Below are positions 8,701-16,697 of a stretch of DNA of 64,000 bases, piece after piece (within the stretch, counting starts at the first letter, position 1; each line of letters starts with the position of its first letter). The notes under the pieces are model-generated. The model saw nothing but the letters and a program-made list of their open reading frames with translations. It was not told the DNA's origin and did no database searches. This DNA is from Vicinamibacterales bacterium (lineage in GTDB: Bacteria > Acidobacteriota > Vicinamibacteria > Vicinamibacterales > UBA2999): the NCBI GenBank assembly GCA_050249615.1, contig JBFWQE010000013.1, positions 406 through 64,405 of the forward strand. The letters run 5' to 3'. Position numbers and translations under genes: made by a program.

Positions 8701-11118
8701 TTACCGGAGCAGGCGGGCGATGCGCGCCAGCAGCTCCTGTGGGCTGAAGGGCTTGGTCAGGTAGTCGTCCGCGCCGAGCTCGAAGGCGCGCATCACGTCC
8801 TCCTCGCGCGAGCGGGTGGACACCACGATGACGCGGGGGCGCGGTTCGGGCAGCTCGCGGAGGCGCGCCAGGACATCGAAGCCCGAGCGCTTGGGCAGCA
8901 TCAGCTCGAGCACCATGACGGAGGGCGCGCACGTGTCCACCTGGTGCAGCGCCGCCTGGCCGTCGAAGGCCACCACGGTCCGCAGGCCCGCGGCCTTGAG
9001 CCGCGCGTCGATGATGTGCACCACGTCGGGGTCATCGTCCACGACGAGGACGGTGGCCTGCTCGGCGGACACGCCGGCGCCGTGGAGCACGACGGGCCGC
9101 CCCACCACCTGCGCCTGTGCCAGCGCCGCCTCGGCCTGCGCGAGCAGGGGCTCGATGAACCGCTCCGCGGACAGGCCAGACGCCGCAATGCCCGCACAGG
9201 CCGCGTCGAGGCCCGCCGCGCGAGCGATGTCGAGCACGCCGCCGATGCGCCGGGCTGCCACGCCGGCCGAGGCGCCCGGCATGAGGACCACCAGCTGCGT
9301 CTCGCTGTAGCGCCCCAGCAGGTCCTTGCGCCGGAGATCGTCGGCGAAGAGCGCCGCCAGGTCGGCCATGGCGCGCGGCGGCACGCGCACGAGCCCGAGG
9401 GCGGCGGGCCCCTTGTGCAACACGTCGCGCGCCGCCGCCACGAAGGTGTCGGACGGCATCAACCCGCCGCCCGCGCGCGGCGCCGGCTGCTGCTCGGCCT
9501 TCGGCCGCGTCAGCATCCAGCGCACCCGCAGCAGCATCTCGACCGCGTGCACGGGCTTGGTCAGGTAGTCGTCCGCGCCCAGTGCGAAGCCCTCCATCCG
9601 GTCCACGGTAGAGCCATGCGAGGCGACCAGCACGACGGGGATGTCGGCCAGCGCGGGATCGCTCTTCAGCTTCCGGCAGACCGCGTGCCCATCCAGTTCG
9701 CCCGAGAGCTCCACGTCGAGCAGCACCACGGCGGGCCGGTCGGTCCTCGACACGGCCAGGGCGCGCAGCCCGTTGCCCGTGGACGTGACGCGATACGCCG
9801 CGCCGTGCAGGTCGTCGGTCATCTGCGACGCGAGCGCGCGATCGCCGATGACGAGCAGCACGTGCGCGCCCGCCAGCGGGCCGGGCGGGGCCGCCCAGAC
9901 CGGGGGCACGGCGGCGAGGTCCGTGGTGAACGCCTGCTGCAGCTCGTCGAAGGCCTGTCGCACGCGCGGGAGATGCTCGCCAGGCAACGACTCGAGCAGG
10001 CGGTCGAGTGCGATGGCGCGCTCGCTCACCGCGGGCATCCCCACGACCGCCGCGATGCCCGACAGCCTGTGCACGATCTGCCGCACGGCGAGGATGGGGC
10101 CCTGAGCGCCCTTCTGCTCGATCTCGGCGATCAGGGCGTCGATGCTGGCAGCACGCTTCGAGAACCCCGAGATGAAGCGGCTGCGCGCCTCACGGAGTGA
10201 GATCTCCGCATCGTCATTCTCGGGTGCAGGGTGCAGGGGTGCAGGGTGCACGGGTGCGGGGTGCAGGGGTGCAGAGTGCACGGGTGCGGGGGGCACGGGT
10301 GTGGGGTGCGGGGCATCGAGGCTGGCCTCGCCGACGCGGCCGGCGGCAGCAGCGGGCCGCGAAGGCGAGGGCTCGGCCACCGGAGCTCGTTCCGACAGAC
10401 TGCGAGAGAAGGCGGGCGTCAGGGCCGAGAGCAGCGGCGCCAGCTGGGAGGCCAGCAGCGTGGCCAGCGCCTCTGCATCGGGCGAGACGCGGGACCCGAA
10501 GGCCGGGTCGATCTCGGCAGTGAGCACCCCCACCGCGTGTTCGTTGCACAGCACCGGCACGGCGATCGCGGCCGGTCGGTTCGCGCCGCTGGCGCGCGTG
10601 CGGGTGCGCCGTTCCGTGAAGGCCGCTGTCGTGAGCGCCCGCGCCGCCAGTGGAAGCGGGCTGATCCGTGCGAGGAACGTTTCGCTATAGCCGTGCGAGG
10701 CCAGGACGTCAAGTTGCGTGCGATCGGGCGTGCAGGCCCAGACGGCCACGCCGGTCGCACCCAGCAGACGTGCCGCCGGCTCGAGGCGCCCGGCGGCCTC
10801 GGCGATCCCCGTCAAGCTGGCAGAGGCTGGCGCGACGATCGTGCGTGCCGCGCCGGCTTCCAGCGTCGGCTCCGGCGCCCGATCCGGGGAGCGTCGGGTA
10901 TCCAGGGGCGGGCCGGGCACGTCCTCGGGCGCCGCCTCGGTAACCGGGCGGGGCGAGCGTTCAGGTCCCGACGGCGACACCGATAGCCCGAGCGTCGATA
11001 CGCGGGACGCGTCCCCAGTCCCGCGTCCACGCCGCCGCAGCAACGTCACGGTGATTCCCACGCACACCAGGGCCGGCGTCGCCGCCGCGGCGGCGATCTG
11101 GGCCAGTGCCGATCTCAC
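8701..11118 (-). CDS. multidomain regulator: TM - GAF-like - Pro-rich repeat - Hpt - REC - degenerate GGDEF (I-site kept) - pseudo-REC
   Basis: GTG start at 11118. Hpt motif IVHRLSGIAAVVG. REC1 has VVLLDVELSG and GADDYLTKP. The GGDEF position reads RRKDLLGRYSETQLVVLMP: RxxD is kept and GGDEF is lost. REC2 reads VMVLELMLPK, with Glu where the acceptor Asp is expected, and GADDYLTKP. Confidence 0.8.
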   Translation of the reverse strand: MRSALAQIAAAAATPALVCVGITVTLLRRRGRGTGDASRVSTLGLSVSPSGPERSPRPVTEAAPEDVPGPPLDTRRSPDRAPEPTLEAGAARTIVAPASASLTGIAEAAGRLEPAARLLGATGVAVWACTPDRTQLDVLASHGYSETFLARISPLPLAARALTTAAFTERRTRTRASGANRPAAIAVPVLCNEHAVGVLTAEIDPAFGSRVSPDAEALATLLASQLAPLLSALTPAFSRSLSERAPVAEPSPSRPAAAAGRVGEASLDAPHPTPVPPAPVHSAPLHPAPVHPAPLHPAPENDDAEISLREARSRFISGFSKRAASIDALIAEIEQKGAQGPILAVRQIVHRLSGIAAVVGMPAVSERAIALDRLLESLPGEHLPRVRQAFDELQQAFTTDLAAVPPVWAAPPGPLAGAHVLLVIGDRALASQMTDDLHGAAYRVTSTGNGLRALAVSRTDRPAVVLLDVELSGELDGHAVCRKLKSDPALADIPVVLVASHGSTVDRMEGFALGADDYLTKPVHAVEMLLRVRWMLTRPKAEQQPAPRAGGGLMPSDTFVAAARDVLHKGPAALGLVRVPPRAMADLAALFADDLRRKDLLGRYSETQLVVLMPGASAGVAARRIGGVLDIARAAGLDAACAGIAASGLSAERFIEPLLAQAEAALAQAQVVGRPVVLHGAGVSAEQATVLVVDDDPDVVHIIDARLKAAGLRTVVAFDGQAALHQVDTCAPSVMVLELMLPKRSGFDVLARLRELPEPRPRVIVVSTRSREEDVMRAFELGADDYLTKPFSPQELLARIARLLR
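10222..10313. repeat. in-CDS tandem octamer repeat (GTGCRGGG)n encoding a PAPVHPAPLH linker
   Basis: The plus strand reads gggtgcagggtgcaggggtgcagggtgcacgggtgcggggtgcaggggtgcagagtgcacgggtgcgggg. The minus strand translates to PVPPAPVHSAPLHPAPVHPAPLHPAP. Confidence 0.8.
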
Positions 11119-11263
11119 GGCCGGGGTTATCGGCCGGAGATCACAGAAACGTCAGGCCGGGAATGGTTCAAGGGGTGCGCCAGGCCAGCCAACGCGTGTC
11201 GTACCGCGCCTTTCCGCGTAGCCGCCCTGCACCCCGCACCCTGCCCTTCCGATACCCCAATCG

Positions 11264-12496
11264 ATGAGTACCGTCCGCGCGTCCCTGCTCGCCTGTCTCC
11301 TCGCCCTGTTTCCGGGCGTCGTGCCGGGCGCCGCGCAGCCGCCGTCCGGCGAGGCCGTCCTGAAGGAGGCGCGAGCCGCCGCCACCAGCGGGCGCCGCGA
11401 CGCGGCGCTCGCGATGCTCGAGGCACGCCTGGCCACCGCGCCGCGCGACGTGGACGCACGCCTGCTCTACGGCCTGGTTCTTTCCTGGGCCGGTCGCTAC
11501 GAGGAGGCACGACGCGAGCTCGGACAGGTCCTCGCGCAGGCCCCAGCCTACACCGACGCGCGTGTCGCCCTGGCCAACGTCGAGTGGTGGTCGGGTCAAC
11601 CCGAACGCCTCGAGGCCGTGGCAGCCGAGGGGCTGCGCCTCCAGCCCGACGACCCGCGATGGCTGGTCTACCGGGCGAGAGCCCTCGACGGGATGGGTCA
11701 ACCGAGTCAGGCGCGCACCGCGATCGATCGTGTGCTCGCGCGCGACCCCGGCGACGTCGCGGCGCGCGCGCTCGGCGAGCGCATCGACGCGAAGCTCCAG
11801 CCCTGGTCGGCTCAGATCACCCACACGGCCGACTGGTTCGACGATGGGCGGGAGGCGTGGAAGGAGACGGCCGCCACCATCGGGCTGAAGACGGGCGTGG
11901 GTACCGTGCTGGCACGCGCGAGCTACTCCGAGCGCTTCGGCATGGCCGACACGCAACTGGAGCTCGAGGCGTATCCGCGCTTCCGTCCCGGCACCTACGG
12001 ATACGTCAACATCGGTGCCAGCGCGAACCAGACGCTGTACCCGGTCCGGCGCGTCGGGCTCGAGCTCTACCAGTCACTGGGCGGCGGCTTCGAGGCGTCG
12101 GGCGGGTGGCGCAGCCTGGACTTCGGCGAGACGACGAACATCTACGTCGGCGCCCTGACGAAGTACGCGGGCAACTGGATGCTGACCGGTCGCGTGTATC
12201 ACGTGCCGGGCGAGTCACGCGACTCGACGACCTACCAGGGGCAGGTCCGCCGCTATTTCGGATCCGACGGGACGAGCTTCTTCGGCCTCGGCTACAGCCA
12301 CGGATTTCAGCGCGAGGAGATCCGTAATGTCGCGGATTTGGCGTCGCTCGATTCCGACACCTATCGCGGCGAGCTGGACGCGCGCGTGGCGCGGCGCCTC
12401 CGCGCCGCCCTCTCAGGCAGCACCAGCCGTCAGCACCGCGCGTGGGGGCCGCTCCGCCAGAACACGTTCTCGGCCAGCCTGCGCGTGATCTTCTAG
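11264..12496 (+). CDS. TPR + YaiO-like outer-membrane beta-barrel protein (candidate EPS export porin)
   Basis: Signal peptide MSTVRASLLACLLALFPGVVPGAAQ, then ~170 aa of TPR-like helices. The C-terminal half has alternating beta-strand patterns and ends in aromatic ...FSASLRVIF. The YPRFRPGTYGYVNIGAS region resembles the YaiO family from memory. Confidence 0.65.
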   Translation: MSTVRASLLACLLALFPGVVPGAAQPPSGEAVLKEARAAATSGRRDAALAMLEARLATAPRDVDARLLYGLVLSWAGRYEEARRELGQVLAQAPAYTDARVALANVEWWSGQPERLEAVAAEGLRLQPDDPRWLVYRARALDGMGQPSQARTAIDRVLARDPGDVAARALGERIDAKLQPWSAQITHTADWFDDGREAWKETAATIGLKTGVGTVLARASYSERFGMADTQLELEAYPRFRPGTYGYVNIGASANQTLYPVRRVGLELYQSLGGGFEASGGWRSLDFGETTNIYVGALTKYAGNWMLTGRVYHVPGESRDSTTYQGQVRRYFGSDGTSFFGLGYSHGFQREEIRNVADLASLDSDTYRGELDARVARRLRAALSGSTSRQHRAWGPLRQNTFSASLRVIF

Positions 12497-12511
12497 CGCC
12501 GCCCGCCCGGC

Positions 12512-13381
12512 ATGTCTCCCCTTTCGCGGCTGATGGTGGCCCTGGTGATGCTGGCGACGTTCAGCTGGGCACTGCTGCCCTCCGCCGCAAGCACGGAGCG
12601 CGCCGGCGATCCCGAGGCCGAGGCCTGGATGGCGGAAAGCCGCGATGCCTTCGCCGACGGGCGGTGGCACGACGCGCTCGCCCCGACCCAGGCGCTGGTC
12701 GAACGCTTCCCGTCGCAACAGGTGTACTCGGACCGGCTGGCCCGCATCTATTTCGGGCTCGGACGTGCCGCAGACGAAGCCGCGGCGTGGGAACAGTTCG
12801 TCAAGGTGTCGCCGACGCCCGAGGACGCGTGCCCGGCAATCGGCCATGCCTACTATCGCGCAGGCGATCGCGCGCGGGCCCTCGAGGCCTTCAGGCGGTG
12901 CCGCGACTTCGACCCGATGAGCGCAGAGGGCGCGTACTTCCTCGGGCGGGCCTACCAGCGCGAGGGCCGCCACCAGGAGGCGCTGGAGACGTTCCGCGAC
13001 GCGGTGCGCGTGGATCCCGTGCACAGCGACAGCCGGGTCGGCCTGGCCAGTGCGCTCCTCCAACAGGGCGACGCCCGCGAGGCCCTTGACGTCATCGAGC
13101 CCAGCGTGTCGCGCGTGCCCGGCAATCCCGACGTGCACCTGATGCAGGGACTGGCCCTCCAGCGCCTGGGACGCCGGGCGGCGGCGCGCGCGGCGCTCGA
13201 GCGGGCAGCGGCACTCACGACCACTTACGTCGACGTGCACGTCGCCCTCGGCATCCTGGACTACAGCGAGGGCCGGATCGCGAGCGCGCGGGCGCGGTTC
13301 GAGCGCGCCCTCTCGCTCGGGCCGGACCGGCAGGCCGAACTGCAGGTGTGGCTCGAACGCACGGCGGAGGCGGGCCGGTGA
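12512..13381 (+). CDS. secreted TPR-repeat protein
   Basis: Signal-like MSPLSRLMVALVMLATFSWALLPSAAS. Multiple TPR units follow (AIGHAYYRAGDRARALEAFRRCRDFDP, YFLGRAYQREGRHQEALETFRDAVRVDP, etc.). Confidence 0.8.
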   Translation: MSPLSRLMVALVMLATFSWALLPSAASTERAGDPEAEAWMAESRDAFADGRWHDALAPTQALVERFPSQQVYSDRLARIYFGLGRAADEAAAWEQFVKVSPTPEDACPAIGHAYYRAGDRARALEAFRRCRDFDPMSAEGAYFLGRAYQREGRHQEALETFRDAVRVDPVHSDSRVGLASALLQQGDAREALDVIEPSVSRVPGNPDVHLMQGLALQRLGRRAAARAALERAAALTTTYVDVHVALGILDYSEGRIASARARFERALSLGPDRQAELQVWLERTAEAGR

Positions 13382-15840
13382 TCGCGCGCCTCGAGGGCCC
13401 GGCTCGTGTCGTCGCCGTCGGGTTCTGGTACTTCACGGCCGTCTTCACGTGGCTGGTGTCCATCCCGTTCGCGTACGCCAACTTCATCCAGCCGCGCCTG
13501 CTTCCAGACTTCATCCGGCTGGCGGAGAAGCACGCGTGGCTGACCGTCGTGCTGCTGCCCGTCGCGTGGATCAGCTTGTGTCGGCCGCTGGCGCATCCCA
13601 GGTCGAGACGGCTGGCCCAGGGCCTGCTGGGTGCGTGGGCCATTCTCGCGGTGGTGCTGCCGTTCACGCCGAGCCTGGCCGCCATCCAACCGGACGGCTG
13701 GGCGCTGGTGGCCTGCTTCACCGCGCTCGTCTTCCCTCTGGGCTGCGCCGTCGTGGACCTCCTGAGTGCGGATCCGCTTCCCGACCTGCCGGCCACCGAC
13801 CGCACCGCACGGGACTTCCTGGCCGTGGTCGGAGCAACCACGTTCGTCCTGATCTTCTACGCGTCCCAGGCCGTGGGATCGACCCCCTGGACGCCGATCG
13901 GCCTCGCGGCCAGCGTGCTGACGCACCTGGTCGCGGCTGCCGCGATGTTCCTCGTGCTCACCGCGCTTCGCGCGCTCGCGGCGCTGCGCGAGCGCCCCCT
14001 CTACGCGGAGTTCTGGCTGGCCACGATCCTGATCTTCGCCTGCCTCGCCGGCGTCATGGGCAGCATCGTCCTGCCCACGATCTCGGTGACGGGCGGCGCG
14101 CGCTGGTACGCCGGACAGGCCTTCGCGTTCACGCTGACCATCGGGCTCGTCGCGCGGGGCCGCTTGCAGGGCGCGGTGCACGGCGACGGGGTGCTCGTGG
14201 CGCTCGGCGGCCTGGTCCCCGCGACGCTGGCGGCACGGACGCTCTGGGTGTGGGCCCTCTGGCTGCCGGTCGTCGCCGGCGCAGGCCTCGGCATCGCCGC
14301 CATCGGGCGCATCGTCGACTGGAACTTCCTCGTCTCCACGCTCGGGGTGCTCATCGTGTGGGGGCTGTCCCTGGTGAGCGCGCTCGCCCTGCTCGCCACA
14401 CCCGGTCCGGGCCCGTCGCCGGCGCGGCTGCCCACGCGCGCCGCGCTGGCATGCTGCCCGGCGGCGCTCGTGATCTACCTGCTCGTCGTGCCGCCGCCGT
14501 CGCACGCGGACACCAGCACGCCCGTCGATGCCTGGACGGTGGCCGATCCCTCCTTCCGCACGCTGCGCGAAGTGCTGCGGCCGCCGGCCCCGGCCGACGC
14601 GGACTTCTACCCGTTCCTGCAGCGGCACACGAACCTCGGGCCCGAGGTGACGGTTCCCGTATTCGACGTGCGTCACGCGCCGCTCGGCGGCGTGCCCGCG
14701 GCCACGCGGCCGCACGTGTTCCTCTTCGTCATCGACAGCCTGCGGCGCGACTACGTGTCCGCCTACAACGCCGCCAACACCTTCACGCCCGCGCTGAAGG
14801 CCTTTGCCGCGGAGAACATCGTCTTCGAGCGCGCGTTCACGCGGTATGGCGCGACGGGACTGTCGGTCCCCTCGATCTGGGTGGGCGGGATGGTGCCGCA
14901 CAAGCAGTACCCGACGCCGTTCGGCCCATTCAATGCGCTGTACGCGCTGCTGATGGACCAGCAGTACACGCCGTGGCTCTCGTGGGACAACGTGGTGGAC
15001 GTCATCGTCCCGCGCGAGGGCACGGGGCCGCGGCTCAGCGCGAACCGGGCGGTGAAAGACTTCCGCTTCTGCGAGATGGTGGGCGACATCCGAAGCCGGC
15101 TGGACCAGCTGACGCCCGGCGGGCCTCCCGTGTTCACGTGGGGCCTCGCGCAGGACGTGCACATCTCGGCCATCACGCGGGAGGGCGGCGGCGTGGTGGA
15201 CCACGACCCATACCCGGGCTTCCACCCGCCCTACGCCTCGCGCGTGCGACGCGTGGACGCGTGCTTCGGCGCGTTCGTGGACGACCTGAAGGCGCGCGGC
15301 CTCTACGATCACAGCATCATCATCTTCACGGCGGACCACGGCGACTCGCTGGGCGAGGAGGGCCGATGGGGCCACGCGTACACGCTGTTCCCCGAGATCC
15401 TGCAGATTCCGCTCATCGTGCACCTGCCGCGTGCGATGCGCGAGGGGTTCGAGACCGACACGACGGCACCGGCCTTCACCGCGGACCTCACGCCGACGCT
15501 CCATGCGCTGCTCGGCTACGAGACGACGCCCCCGTCGCCGGCGTTCGGCGAGCCGCTGTTCTGGCCCCGCGGCCATGCGCGTCCCGTGCGCGCGAGCGAG
15601 GGCGCACTGGTGGCCTCGAGCTACGGCAGCGTGTACGGCTGGCTGGACGACAACGGGCGCCGGCTCTACGTGTCGGACGGCGTCTCGCTGCGCGACTATC
15701 GCTACGAACTGGACGGCACCCCGACGGGCCGCGCCCTGCCCGTCACCCCGGAGGAACGACGCGCCGGACAGAAGTCGATACGAGAGGCGATTGGGGAAGT
15801 GGCCACTTTCTATCGGTATGCGGCGGCGGTGACGAAGTGA
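13378..15840 (+). CDS. polytopic membrane protein with C-terminal sulfatase/alkaline-phosphatase-superfamily transferase domain (LtaS/EptA/BcsG-like)
   Basis: GTG at 13378 overlaps the upstream TGA (GTGA); the ORF track start is 13348. The first ~380 aa hold many TM helices, followed by FLFVIDSLRRDYVSAY, YGATGLSVPSIW and FTADHGDSLGEEGRWGH (DHG metal site). Confidence 0.75.
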   Translation: MIARLEGPARVVAVGFWYFTAVFTWLVSIPFAYANFIQPRLLPDFIRLAEKHAWLTVVLLPVAWISLCRPLAHPRSRRLAQGLLGAWAILAVVLPFTPSLAAIQPDGWALVACFTALVFPLGCAVVDLLSADPLPDLPATDRTARDFLAVVGATTFVLIFYASQAVGSTPWTPIGLAASVLTHLVAAAAMFLVLTALRALAALRERPLYAEFWLATILIFACLAGVMGSIVLPTISVTGGARWYAGQAFAFTLTIGLVARGRLQGAVHGDGVLVALGGLVPATLAARTLWVWALWLPVVAGAGLGIAAIGRIVDWNFLVSTLGVLIVWGLSLVSALALLATPGPGPSPARLPTRAALACCPAALVIYLLVVPPPSHADTSTPVDAWTVADPSFRTLREVLRPPAPADADFYPFLQRHTNLGPEVTVPVFDVRHAPLGGVPAATRPHVFLFVIDSLRRDYVSAYNAANTFTPALKAFAAENIVFERAFTRYGATGLSVPSIWVGGMVPHKQYPTPFGPFNALYALLMDQQYTPWLSWDNVVDVIVPREGTGPRLSANRAVKDFRFCEMVGDIRSRLDQLTPGGPPVFTWGLAQDVHISAITREGGGVVDHDPYPGFHPPYASRVRRVDACFGAFVDDLKARGLYDHSIIIFTADHGDSLGEEGRWGHAYTLFPEILQIPLIVHLPRAMREGFETDTTAPAFTADLTPTLHALLGYETTPPSPAFGEPLFWPRGHARPVRASEGALVASSYGSVYGWLDDNGRRLYVSDGVSLRDYRYELDGTPTGRALPVTPEERRAGQKSIREAIGEVATFYRYAAAVTK

Positions 15841-15923
15841 TGCCCTGCCCTCCTGGCTCCTGATCCCTGATCCCTGATCCCTGCCTTTCTGGACCCCCAC
15901 CCGTCCCCGCGGGGTCATACCAT

Positions 15924-16697
15924 ATGGGTATGCCCCTCCTGTCCGCCACGGACCTCACGAAGACCTACACCGGCGGCACGGCCACTGTCCGCGCGCTGGA
16001 CGGGGTGTCGTTCACCCTGGAGGCCGGGGACTTCGTCGCGCTCATGGGGCCGTCGGGCTGCGGCAAGTCCACGCTGCTGCACCTCTGCGGCGCGATGGAT
16101 CGGCCCACGTCCGGGCGGGTCGTCCTCGAGGGCCGCAACCTCGCGGAGCTGGCCGACGACGAGCTGACGAGGCTGAGGCGCGATCGCATCGGGTTCGTGT
16201 TCCAGTTCTTCAATCTGCTGCCGACGCTGACCCTCGGCGACAACATCGCGCTGCCCTGCCTGCTGGGCGGCATGGCAACGGCGGAGGCCGAGGCGCGCGC
16301 GGCGCGGCTCGCCGAGCGGGTCGGCATCGGCCATCGCCTGCGTCACTACCCGCAGGAGGTGTCCGGCGGCGAAATGCAGCGTGCTGCCATCGCGCGGGCG
16401 CTGGTGCACGAGCCGGCGCTGCTCGTGGCCGACGAGCCCACCGGCAACCTCGATTCCGAGAACGGCGCGCGGGTGCTGGCACTGCTGGCCGAACTGAACC
16501 GCGAAATGCACATCACCATCCTGCTGGCCACGCACGCGCAGGAAGTTGCGGCCGCCGCCGGCCGCGTGATGCGGATGAAGGATGGCCGCTTCGCCACTCC
16601 CGACTCCCGACCCTTCGACGGCGCTCAGGGTCGCCCTGAGCCTCTCGAAGGGCGACTCCCGACGCCCGGCCCCGTCGATGTTCTCCCGGCTGTTTAG
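15924..16697 (+). CDS. ABC transporter ATP-binding protein (LolD/MacB/AttE-like)
   Basis: Walker [10 protein letters not shown], signature SGGEMQR and Walker [13 protein letters not shown]. The conserved sequence ends near [10 protein letters not shown] (~16590). The last ~35 codons run through a repeat/palindrome element. Confidence 0.9.
   Translation: MGMPLLSATDLTKTYTGGTATVRALDGVSFTLEAGDFVALMGPSGCGKSTLLHLCGAMDRPTSGRVVLEGRNLAELADDELTRLRRDRIGFVFQFFNLLPTLTLGDNIALPCLLGGMATAEAEARAARLAERVGIGHRLRHYPQEVSGGEMQRAAIARALVHEPALLVADEPTGNLDSENGARVLALLAELNREMHITILLATHAQEVAAAAGRVMRMKDGRFATPDSRPFDGAQGRPEPLEGRLPTPGPVDVLPAV
16611..16652. repeat. REP-like nested palindromic element flanked by GACTCCC repeats
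   Basis: CCCTTCGA-cggc-GCTCAGGG-tcg-CCCTGAGC-cctc-TCGAAGGG forms a 42-nt hairpin. It is flanked by actcccgactcccga (16596-16610) and cgactcccga (16653-16662). Confidence 0.7.

Noticed and set aside
7918-10200. 760-aa plus-strand ORF (also 7638..8747 and 6598..7800)
   Set aside because: It is antisense to the HEAT, regulator and GT2 genes, which have clear motifs and coupled start/stop overlaps. The sequence is low-complexity and Arg/Ala/Ser-rich.
13261-15918. 885-aa minus-strand ORF, and the 804-aa alternative plus frame 13449..15863
   Set aside because: They lie opposite to or out of frame with the sulfatase-family gene, whose TM and DHG motifs only appear in the 13378 frame.
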